Origin: Lingula anatina
Taxonomy: Eukaryota; Animalia; Brachiopoda
NCBI GenBank assembly: GCA_051362555.1
Contig: CM120642.1
Coordinates: forward strand, 27,156,001 to 27,220,000
DNA length: 64,000 bases
Direction of reading: 5' to 3'
Positions 44,820 to 56,600 of this stretch are shown one piece after another. Position 1 is the stretch's first letter. Every line of letters starts with the position of its first letter. The notes under the pieces were generated by a model. It worked only from the letters and a program-made list of their open reading frames with translations, was not told the DNA's origin and searched no databases. Both the position numbers and the translations under genes were made by a program.

Positions 44820-46000
44820 TTAGGAAACTCTCAAGCTGACTCGATAGCGTACTCTGCGAAAATTGTTTACAACCTTTGGCCCCACAAAATCAGGGTTCAC
44901 TGTGTAGCACAGAGCCTCATGCCAAAAGGATTTGAACTTGTCTGCTGCAAGGAGCAACAGTTCTTTTATTGTACGCGCGTAAAGTTCGTACATTTGCATA
45001 ACATTACACAGAGCCCGAGCTAAAACAGCGTCTGGGAACTGTGTCTTGCAGTCGAGGGCGGTCATCTTGCTGGTATCCTTTGTAATCTCGTCCTGCTTGA
45101 TACCAGTTTTATTTTCTGCTTCTGTCAACATGAAGTCAGATGTGACCACGATTTTGGTCATCCCTGGCGGAGGAAGGTTTGTCACATTGGTGGTTTGGTT
45201 GAGGGTAGCAGTAATGCTCTCGCCAATGAATCGCTCAGCAAAACCTGTTTTGGACTCACTCACGTTGACGTTGACGGTCTTATTGGCTTCGATGTCTTCA
45301 TTGTTGAAGACGACTACAAAAATGAAATTGTTGAAAAAAATTTAATTGAAAAAATCTGGACGTTAATCAGTCTGTTTTAAAACGTAATATGAAGATACAT
45401 ATGTTACACTTCTTCAAAACATTGCGAACACAAATCCCCCATTGACCAAAAAAAAAAAAATAGCATGAAATTATTTTCAAAGAAAAATGTGCTCAAATGT
45501 TATTAAAATCATAAAGGTACGCCCCTCAGAGATAAATTATTTAATATTGGCGAAACTTACCTAATCGACATTTCACTGCCGAGTAAAAAGATCTTCCGTC
45601 TCTGAACAGAAGATCAGTTGGAGTGTTATTGAAAACACTACGGATAAGTACACTGTCGTCATACTCTCTGTAATCAAATTGAATAAACAATATTTACTTA
45701 TTGCATTTAAATATTGGATGGAATGAGAAAAGGTGAATGAGAGTTTCCCTATCCTGCAGTAGTATACCTTCATCGAATGTTAACTTGATAACATATCCGA
45801 CATTGGGCAATGTATTGAACAACGTACAGTAAACGAGCAGCCCGCCAAACAAACTGTATTCAAATCTACCATCCTCAAATACAGTTTTTGTAATATGCAA
45901 ATCACTGATTTTCTTACCCGAAATTCTTAAAATCATGCCCTATAAGGGCGCCGCAAAGAGCGAAAATAAGTAAGCAGCTAAGAAACATTTGCGAATCCAT
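44820..46000 (-). CDS. Unrecognised secreted protein, copy A, 227 aa
   Basis: Exons 46000-45918, 45667-45561 and 45313-44820 have canonical GT-AG ends and phases 2 and 1, totalling 684 nt. Begins MDSQMFLSCLLIFALCGALIGHDFKNFGEYDDSVLIRSVFNNTPTD (signal-peptide-like); several N-x-S/T sites. Confidence 0.8.
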
Positions 46001-46959
46001 GATAATTCAAGGAAAGTGTAACTATGGTCACGTTTCACCACTTGTGACGTTATGCGTCGTCAGTAACGAGACGTCGAGACGTTATTTGCAGAAGATGTTC
46101 GGTCAGATTTATTTGTTTTGTTATAAAGGAATTCATCTTCCATCTTCACGAGCCTCTCTCTCTCGTGTCTTATGCATCCTTATACGCAATTTGTAAGGAA
46201 CGTTGTTTGCTTTTGTGTAGCCATGTTTTAGGCAAGAAATTTTCATATAATGAAGAGATGCTGACGTGTTAATGTAAAACTCACCGTATGACTTCATCAA
46301 ACTGGCATATAACCCGAGATGACAGGGATACGTTGATAGAACGCAACACGGGGATTTAAATAAAATCATTTAATGCCGTCGTGAAAGAAAAGACTGATAT
46401 TTCTATTCATTAAACCATATCTTTAAATGTGCATCTAATTAGGTTTTCGGGACCGTTGGTGAGTTCTGTATTTCCTGAAGATGTTCGGTCAGATTTATTT
46501 GTTTTGTTATAAAGGAATTCATCTTCCATCTTCACGAGCCTCTCTCTCTCTCGTGTCTTATGCATCCTTAAACGCAATTTGTAAGGAACGTTGTTTGCTT
46601 TTGTGTAGCAATGTTTTAGGCAAGAAATTTTCATATAATGAAGAGATGCTGAGTGACATACGTGTTAATGTAAAACTCACCTTATGAATTCATTGGACGG
46701 GGATATAACCCGAGATTGACAAGTTTTGTCGAACGAACGCAACACTGAGATTTTAATAAAATTATTTATTGCCGTCGTGAAAGAAACGACTGATAGAAAA
46801 GTACTGGTGATATATACAACTAGGAAATGTCCACTTTTGGAATTGAAATGGAGAAGTTGAACTGTTCAGGGAAATTATCTTGAAAGTTTTTTCATATCAT
46901 ATCAAGTGCTGTACAAAGCCACATATAGAAATCGAGTCAAAGGCGAGGAACAAAGAGTA

Positions 46960-48149
46960 TTAGGAAACTCTCAAGCTGACTCGATAGCGTACTCTGCGAA
47001 AATTGTTCACAACCTTTGGCTCCACAAAATCAGTGTTCATTGTTCTGTGCACAGCCTCATACCAAAAGGTTTTGAACTTGTCTGCTGCAAGGAGCAACAG
47101 TTCTTTTATTGTACGCGCGTAAAGTTCGTACTTTTGCATCACATTACACAGAGCCCGAGCTAAAACTGCATCTGGGAACTGTGTCTTGCAGTCGAGGGCG
47201 GTCATCTTGCTGGTATCCTTTGTAATCTCGTCCTGCTTGATACCAGTTTTATTTTCTGCTTCTGTCAACATGAAGTCAGATGTGACCACGATTTTGGTCA
47301 TCCTTGGCGGAGGAAGGTTTGTCACATTGGTGGTTTGGTTGAGGGTAGCAGTAATGCTCTCGCCAATGAATCGCTCAGCAAAACCTGTTTTGGACTCACT
47401 CACGTTGACGTTGACGGTCTTATTGGCTTTGATGTCTTCATTGTTGAAGACGACTACAAAAATGAAATTGTTGAAAAAATTTAATTGAAAAAATCTCGAC
47501 GTTAATCAGTCTGTTTTAAAACGGCAATATGAAGACACATATGTTACACTTCTTCAAAACATTGCGAACACAAAAGCCCCCATTGACCAAAAAAATAAAA
47601 GAAAAAAATAGCATGAAATTATTTTCAAATAAAAATGTGCTTAAATGTAATTAAAATCGTAAAGGTACGCTCCTCAGAAATAAAATATTTAATATTGGGG
47701 AAACTTACCTAATCGACATTTCACTGCCGAATAAAAAGATCTTCCGTCTCTGAACAGAAGATCAGTTGGAGTGTTATTGAAAACACTACGAATAAATACA
47801 CTGTCGTCATTCTCTCTGTAATGCAAATTGAATTAACAAATTACTTATTGCTTTAAAACAAAATTGGATGGAATGAGAAAAGGTGAATGACTTTTCCCTT
47901 TCCTGTAGTAGTTTACCTTTATCGGATGTTAACTTGATAACATATCCGACATTGGGTAATGTATTAAACAACGTACAGTAAACGAGCAGTCCACCAAAAA
48001 AACAAACTTCAAATTTACCATCCTTAAATTTAGTTTCTGTAATATGCAAATCACTAATTTTCCTACCCGAAATTCTTAAGGTCGTGCCCTATAAGGGCGC
48101 CGCATAGTGCGCAAATAAGTAAGCAGCTAAGAAACATCTGCGAATCCAT
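46960..48149 (-). CDS. Unrecognised secreted protein, copy B, 227 aa
   Basis: Exons 48149-48067, 47815-47709 and 47453-46960 have the same lengths as copy A (83/107/494) and an intact frame. Begins MDSQMFLSCLLICALCGALIGHDLKNFGENDDSVFIR. Confidence 0.8.
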
Positions 48150-49239
48150 GATAATCCAAGGAATGTGTTACTATGATCACGTTTCACCACTTGTGACGTT
48201 ATGCGTTCTCAGTAACGTGACGTTCTCAGTAAAGTGACGTAATTTGACGTATTGTATTGTATTGATAAGTAGCTTATTTTATTTATTTATAAATTTATTA
48301 TTATTTATTTTTCTTTTTGGGAAGGGTCGGGACAAACGTACTACTTGGGGCCTGAGACTTTTGCATATTACTATTTGTTCTGAAACTGAAACTTGCTCTT
48401 AAAAAAATCGACGGAAATGGCTCGTTGTCAAATTTGAATGAGCATTATAGAAAAAATATGACAGCCAAAGCTCTCAAATTTTGCACATTGGTGCGATATC
48501 ATGTAAAAAATTGATGTTTTAAATTTCAATCTAAATTTCAAGCAACCTACAGTATAGGCGTTATGTCCCGCCTTTGTTCAATTCAAATAAAATCAAATTG
48601 TGTTACTACGGTAGGACTTAGTAAGCAACAGATAATATTTGTGGGGTTAATTTGTCAACTGAGATAGAAAAATACATCAAATATTTCAGAAGTACCCCCG
48701 AACTCTCACTGCAGATAAAGCTGCCGGTTACGTTTTCCTGACTATATTTGCCTCTGTCTGACTTTCTGTTGTATGTTCTTACCATTTTATTTGCAAATAA
48801 AAGAAAAAAAAAACATCAACGATTTACTTATGTTCCCAGAAATAATTAAAGAAGTACCCACGACTATAACCCAATACGGCTTTTCTTCGCGTAGATCATT
48901 GTAAGTGTAGCAATTGAGGATAGTCTAAGCAATTAAAAAATACTTGAACGAGCACCTGTGCTTCTTTTAGGAATTATTTTAGTTGAAGAATATAGGGGCA
49001 AAACGCTATAGGCATTATGCCCCAAAGTGTCACTTTGTATATATTTGTAAAATTCGGCGGGAAAGGTGATACATATTCTGACTCTATCGACATTTGTGTC
49101 GAGTTCTGATATCGTCCTATCTGCCACCAACAAAGTTTTTTTAATTCGTGCATTTGGTAGGTAGTGTCACTGATGTTAAGGAAAAGTCTTAATATCTGTA
49201 AACAAGACAAAAACAAACAAATTATTGTAAAAAGCTTAC

Positions 49240-49360
49240 CTTATTAGTGTGTGGTCATCTGGAGCCGTCATGGAGGATTCGTCTGCTAGAAACCGGAAGT
49301 GAACAAAGCATCACGTGACGCGTGAGATTACGTAATACGAGAAAAAAGGTGGGCGTTTGA
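49240..49360 (-). promoter_or_regulatory. Housekeeping-type promoter cluster with a candidate short first exon
   Basis: ETS CCGGAAGT (49293-49300), E-box TCACGTGAC (49311-49319) and a GC-box-like gtgggcgt. ATG at 49271 and a strong donor AAG|GTAAGC at 49240/49239 on the - strand. Confidence 0.45.
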
Positions 49361-50633
49361 CCCCGATTCGGCGTTTAGCCGGAGTCTACCTACTCTACCG
49401 GTGGTTACATTTTTTATTTTCTTAAGTAAAAAAAATATGTGGTGGTAGTCCAATAATCCAGTCCATATTGCATCATAATTGAAAACAAAAGTTTAAGGCC
49501 TACTTTCTTATGCGACAGGGTTAAAATAACACTAGCTATAGCCTATCTCAGGCACAAAGAGTAAATTCCGTAAAAATGAAAAATCTCAAGTAGGTCTACC
49601 TCAGCTAGAAATCACTATGAACACTGACAGGGCATTTAGCTTTTATTTTTTTTTTATTTTTTTTTATTTTTTATTTTTAATAAAAGCAAATAGGCCTAAG
49701 CACGAGTAGGCCTAGGCCTAATTATTGAAAGTTCGGAAACGCATCTTACAGTCAGATAATGACATCTCAGTCTGTTGTTTTATAGCTAGCTACTTAATCT
49801 GACCACAGTGTTCTCTAGGAAATTTATAAAAAATATTGTATACTTTAATTTTGCATACTATTTTAGAGACCCCTGATAGGCCTATCAGAGGGTAGGCCTA
49901 GGGCTCGATCTTCTATTACGCTATCCGATCACGTGGCCGCATCTGTTTTAATTTCTACCCTTTCGAGAGGAGAAGTGTATGTTTTGTGTATGTTCGAAAA
50001 ATAGGCCTATTGGCGAATAAACCATTAGGCTACGTAATATTGCATCAACCTTGGCCCTTTTACCCTTATCGAAATAGATTTTGGCAAATATTCACAACTT
50101 AAGTATCTTGCGTTTCTAAAAATATTTTTAATGTTTGGTTTTGGCAGACAGGATATCATTTTAAAAAAAATTCTCTTAAGTACACTTTTCCCATACATTT
50201 CGTGTGCTACAGAAATTTTCTTACTTTTTAACAGTGTCAAAATGGTAATGGCTTGAAAATTGTCGAAGAAGAAATATCAGGTAGAGGTCAAGAAAACAAA
50301 AGTCACCTCAGGTGCGCATACGAGAGCAAAACCAAACTAACTGCATGTCCAATATCGAAATCCTTCCACACTCCGAAACTGAGGAATATCCGTGAAAGAT
50401 ACAACATTTTCGGTTCCACAAAATAGAATCCCATGCATATTCACTTAAGGTGATAAGCCCTGTGTTATAAACGTCTTAACCTTGCCGTCTCTGCACCTCC
50501 CCCCCCCCCCCATCCTTGACGTGTCTCATGACCCTGCGACCACGTGACCAACGCGTAGAGGATATGAACCCAGAGAGGGGAAAACGTGAGCCACGGTGTC
50601 CAGAAGAAGTAGGCGTACCAGCTGGGACCAAAG

Positions 50634-53600
50634 ATGGAATCCAGTAACAGAATACTTCTGGCAATCTGTACCATATGGGTATGTGAAAATGTTTTTTTCT
50701 GCAATTTCTAGGGGAAGCCATGCACCAGTGTCTAATGCACAGCTACCGAAAAAATCGAAACATTTTTTGTCAGCGCTGTTTTAAAAGCGTTTGCACCAGA
50801 AATGCATGGAAAAAACTCATAACAGAAAACTTTCAAAAAAAATTCAAAACGAGAAACTATTAATATATGTAGACTTAAACATTTATCAGTTAATTTTACG
50901 TCTATTTGTTTTGTAGATTGCGTTTGCAGCATGCCAAGAAGATGGAGGTAAGATAAACGGCTGTTCTTATTAACCCTTTTACGGTGGTCAAAGTTATTCT
51001 TCCTCTTAGCAATGTTATCGACAGTAACCGCTAAGCAACAGTTCCAATTTCAACTTTGAAAAATTGGACCCATTACACTAACTTGTGCAAAAGTTTACAC
51101 TGGCTGATGCATCCCGACAGTGACCAATTCGCAAAATAACCTTGATCTCAACTTTAAGACCGAAAGTTTAATTTTCTTCAATTCACAATAATTGTTAAGC
51201 TACTAATCCATTATGGAGTGTCTATTGGTCTAAGGTATTAACCATATCATTTTTAGCAGACTTAAGGTTTGATCTAAAAGTGTGGGCCAACTTCTTGTCT
51301 AAATGATTTTATAATGCCGTTTAAAGTGTCACCGTTAATGGATCTAAAAAACATATAAAACGACTGTGCAATACCACACAATGCAAACAAATGTACAAAA
51401 ACTTGATTGATATTTTGAACAAATTTAAGAAAATCGCCAAATGTCAAAACACAAGTATTTGTATGGCTCTCTACCCAGCACTAACGGCTAACTGTATTTC
51501 GATCTGATAACTTGAAAATTCACCAACAAATATATCCAAGTTTAAAACATACTGGAATACGTGACGAGGCGTACTGTAGGCTAACTGTATTTCGATCTGA
51601 TAACTTGAAAATTCACCAACAAATATATCCAAGTTTAAAACATACTGGAATACGTGACGAGGCGTATTTCAAAAGCCTTGGAAACCTACCAGGAAAAGTC
51701 CTGGATCCGCCATGTGTGAGATACGTTAATGTGCCGTCCTCATATTATGTATGTGTACATTTACCGTCCTAATATTATGTATGTGTACATTTATTCCATC
51801 TACCATAAGACGATTAGATGCGTTTATAACGACAGAAAATACAGTAGAGGGAGTGTGATAATTTTAGGGTCGGTAAACGATTTTTGATGGAATATAGTGA
51901 CTAGCCTAATCCCCTGGTCGCCTGGGTAGGCACTCCCCCTTAGAGTACTTTTGTATATAATGCCCCTATTTCACACAGACCACGAATCCCACGAATGGCC
52001 ATGAATTGACAAATTTCACGATTCGTGGTTGAATCGTAATCAGTTCGTGAATTTCTTAACAGATTCGTATATATTCGTAGTCAGTTCTTGCACTTCTTGA
52101 CCAACAGGAATGGGTGGCAAAAACTTTGATGCCCCTATTTCACAAAGACCACGAATCCCACAAATCGCCAGGAATTGAAAATTTGGTTTAATCGTAATCA
52201 GTTCGTGAAGTTCTTAACAGATTCGTATATAATCGTAGTAAGTTCTTGCAATCCTTGATCAATCGGGAATTCGTGGCAAAAATTTTGAGCTGTTCATAGT
52301 TTTGGCCATGAACTCCCGATTCCAAAAAATCGTAGTGAATTTCTGGACAATATTCGTGCGATTCCAGCCGAATCCCACGAATATTCGTAACACTATCGCA
52401 CCTGTATCGTAACTGAATCGTGAGCGTGTCGAATTAGACCAGAAAATTGGCAAAATCTCACGATTCCAGCCGAATCCCACGAATATTCTTAACACTATCG
52501 TACCTGTATCGTAAGTGAATCGTGAGCGTGTCGAATAAGACCAGAAAATTGGCAAAATCTCACGAATCCTCACGAATCCTAAAATTTGTCAATTCCTGGC
52601 GATTCGTGGGATTCGTGGTCTGTGTGAAATAGGGGCCTAAACGGTCTCCCGTTGCGAACTATCCTTTTGTTCAACAGCTTTGCGCGTGCAGCGGATTGTA
52701 TTTATTGTATTTATAGTGACACTATATAGCTAACTGCACTTGAATCTGTGAAAACTGTTATTTGATTCATTCTGTTGTGTCGGACTTTGTGGACCAGCCC
52801 AATAAATTTACTCTGTCACATGAATTAATTGAATAAAACACACCTGTTGAAAAGGGGGCTTTTCGTAACTAATACAAAAAATGTATTATAGTGTTTTTTA
52901 TCACATTTGCTAAATACATATTTGATAGTGAAACACTCCTCGGCATTAATGAATTACCTTACGTTAACTATGTCTTCCCATCCCATGCCTCCCGAAAAAC
53001 TGTTTCTTTAAATTTCGAAATGAATTGTTTTTAAGACAAAGAAGTTCATTAACCCTTTTACGACTCAGTCTAGAGGGACTTCAAGTAGAGGGTTTAGTGA
53101 CGGTGTTTCCTCGGATGAGAGCAGCATCACGCCCTAGGTCTAAGCAAGTTGAATAGAAGTTTTTTGACCAAGCATCCTATCCCAAACTACTGAGTTAGAA
53201 CAAAGGTCTATTTACACGTACTGTGCAATTACAATTAAGAGATCAGTTGCATGCTTGATTGTTTTCCCCCAGGTATCGCATGTATGCCTTCTTACTTGAG
53301 TGATATAAAACAAGTCGCTAGTGTACACTGTATGTAACTGTAGCAAAATATGTTCGACATGGCGTTTCTGCACGGCAGCCGGAGACATAGTAATTGTATG
53401 GGCATGGTTTAAGCTTGTTGGAGAGATAAGTCGCATTTAACAATAGATAGCGAGCTATGGTAAGACCCCCTCCTCTTTAACTGATGATTTACACTGTAAA
53501 TTGACCGTACTCTCATGTATTGTGTGATTACAATGTCATAGGCCCCCCTGTTGCACGTTAGAGTTGGATTCTCCTTCCGCCTCTGTCAATGCACCTCATT

Positions 53601-56600
53601 TAATTTAAATATTATAATATAATATAGTATAAGTAATATATTTGCCATGTATTGTTCCTTTTTTGAAAATGCTATTCGTGTTTTTTTTCATTATCCTTCA
53701 TGTTTAATAAATACTTGAATCAGTAAGTTTATAAATAAATTATTCATTTATAAATTAATGCAAGAAGATTTTTTAAGGTTGATGCTGTCGCTCATGCATG
53801 TTAATCAAACAAACAATACTTACTTCAATTTTTGATTACGGAAAATTCATATTGAATGAAATGCCTGATAACAAATTTAACCAGCAGTTTGTTAGCAGCA
53901 CTAAAAAGATAATCAACTGCATGTGCCAAACTAGTGAGCAAAAGGACAGTTCGCTACGGGAGACGGTTTAGTGCACGCGGTAGCATGGGTTCAGGCCTCT
54001 TACAGCTATAATCCTATCGCCACAACAAACAAAGGGACCTTCTGGCTGATGTATCCTGCTGTTAATTACACTTTGTTACAGCGGATTGTTGCGCTCACGG
54101 GGTCATGGGATTCACTCGCCTAAGGTATTGTGTGTTATTACGCCTAAACTATTGTGTTTTTGCGTTCGAATTTTGAAGGGATTTAGACGGCTCTCCATTG
54201 CTTGTCGCCCCTTCTATTCACAGGATAGGGATTAAAACATTTCAAACGTTTTTTAAAAACGTTGTACAACGGAAACATAATTATTATTACTACTGTAATA
54301 CCATCTAGCAGACGCTCTAAGTCGGTTAAAACTTAGATCACGGTCTAAAAGGTGGGATAACCCTCAGGTCACGGAACACCAGGCAGCTGTGACGACCTCC
54401 ACCGTATTATCAATGATACACATAAACCGTTTGGCAAAGTATGTAAGACCCCATTCCCATAGATTTTGCATCTATCTATCCCTGTGGGGAGTCTCACTAG
54501 ATTACTGTCAGCTTAGCGGCTTAAGCGTCTGTCCCGCCTACTAAAAGCTGTAAGGGGGTAATTAACTATGGTGCGCGCTCAGCTGACTGCAATTTAGCGT
54601 GAACCCCCAGGGAGTTAGGTCGATCAAAATCTTTGGGAGTGCACCCTAATAGTACCCTATGCTCAGTAACCGTGGCATGTCCATATGAAGGCATATTATG
54701 ACATATTATTTCAATATAAACGTATAATCAATGCTCTATCACAGATAAGATAAACAAATGAAATAAATTATTGGTTGATAGATAAAACCAACGAAATATA
54801 CTATATTCTCATTTATTCATATTATCAAACGTTTCGAAGGAATAACATTATACTCTTATTTTCGTGAAAAAATTACTGTAGTTGTTATCATGCTTATAGA
54901 AAATAAATAATTGTTTTCATTTCAGAATATTATTATGGACCATATGACGTCAACCCTGAAGAAGGAGGTGTGTAAAAACAAAGTTACTTGTATGTGTATT
55001 TGAAATATGATGTTACTTAAAAATACAAAGAAATTAATACAAGAGAGAACAGTTATTTTGTCAAAGATACAAGCTTAGAAAAATCTACTGAAAAGTTTTA
55101 CAATGGATAATGTAATGCTATACGTATACTTTTATTATTGTTTTCCTTTGCAGATCTTTTCGAGGGTGATATAGTGCTAGAAAAATCTGTAAGTAAAATA
55201 AATAATATTTTACACAATTCAACTTTATGAAACTTATTCAGAGAACGTTTTCAAGTCAAATTCGCGATCCAGCAACACACAGGCTTATCGCATCGCCAAG
55301 ACTCATTTACCGCATCTAACACAGTGTAAGAGAGGTTTGGCCTGGTGAAACGTGACAGAGAGCCCTCCAGGATAGAGAGTCCGATTTCCATTCATTTGTA
55401 CAGGTAAACCTCGCCATAGATTTTGAACCACTTAGGTCAGGCTAACCCTAACCATTATAAAGAAAGGGAAGGCGGACTTACTGTAACACGGACCCTCAGT
55501 TTCGTTACACCGGTCCCTTCCAGTAACCCTGAGTTTCAGAGGCTACTGAAAAGTCACCCTTGTCCAGAGACAAGTTGGGTTCCCAGCAATCTTTGAATCT
55601 TAGGGTGCATTCAGCACGTGACTACAATACACATATGTATATGCATATGTATATATGTACACATAGCCATATAAAACTTTCTCATTTTAGTTGAAGAATG
55701 CTGTGATTGGCACCCACCGACTGTGGCCCAACGGAGTGGTACCCTACGAGATAGACCCGGCGGCAAATTATGGTATGTACAGGGTGGTCCATAAAAAAGA
55801 CCTATTCTAATTTCCATCTCAATTAAATTTTCTTATGCACCACCCTGTACCGGTATGTTTCACCAATGTAATAGATAAACCAGCATAAGGTTGCAGAACG
55901 CTAAGTCAAAATCCTTATACCTAGACATTGTGCAAAGGAATCCATCTTTCTTCATTCAGGCTTTAAAACCGACAAACCCCCTTAAAATAGAAGTAACTGA
56001 TGTCGATATTTCCTTCTGAAATGCCAGGGAGACATAACGGTCGAAATGAATCATTATTCATTAAATTATATTAAGAATATATTGGCCTCGTATGAAGAAG
56101 AAAGTTTTAGTTGCGATTTGGAAAACCCCAAATTAATTTCCTTAATTTCCTTTCGCTAGAGTCTCCTAACAAAGGCTTTTTGCGTTAATGTACGATTCAA
56201 CTTTTAAAATGTTAAGTGTGTGAGATTTGGCGAGACGAAGCTATTTCCGTTAGTCCTGTGCCTGATATAAAACCCAATCAACTCATGACAAAAACAATTT
56301 AACGGACTCAGTTGTAAAAGAAAACCTCTTTCATTTAGTACAGTGTCATTACAGGGGCATTTGAACTGTCCAGGATCCAGAAAGCTATAGACGACTACAA
56401 TAGATTTCCGTGCATACGCTGGATTAACAGAACTACTGAGAAATCTTACGTACAGTTTATCAGAGGAACTGGGTAAGAATAACGCTGGGCAAAACGCTTA
56501 ACAACCCGTTGGATAGTCATACAACTTGAAAACTTAGCAAAGATTTGGGTTTTGTTTTCTTTAGAAAAATGCATTGTGATTGCCAGTATTTAAAAGATAA

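Larger units (their letters stand above)
44335..48230. repeat. ~2.15-kb tandem segmental duplication with a triplicated ~300-bp 3' flank
   Basis: Offset about 2140-2150 between homologous positions; the block starting gaagatgttcggtc occurs near 44336, 46092 and 46477. Confidence 0.92.

Noticed and set aside
45694-45936. 80-aa ORF MILRISGKK.. and its counterpart at 47807-48049
   Set aside because: Lies mostly in intron 1 of the orphan gene; the ATG is ACG in copy B and the ends diverge by frameshift.
54082-54124. Candidate 43-nt exon (CAG|..|GTATT) in astacin intron 2
   Set aside because: Not phase-compatible with the flanking phase-1 junctions; the gene reads correctly without it.
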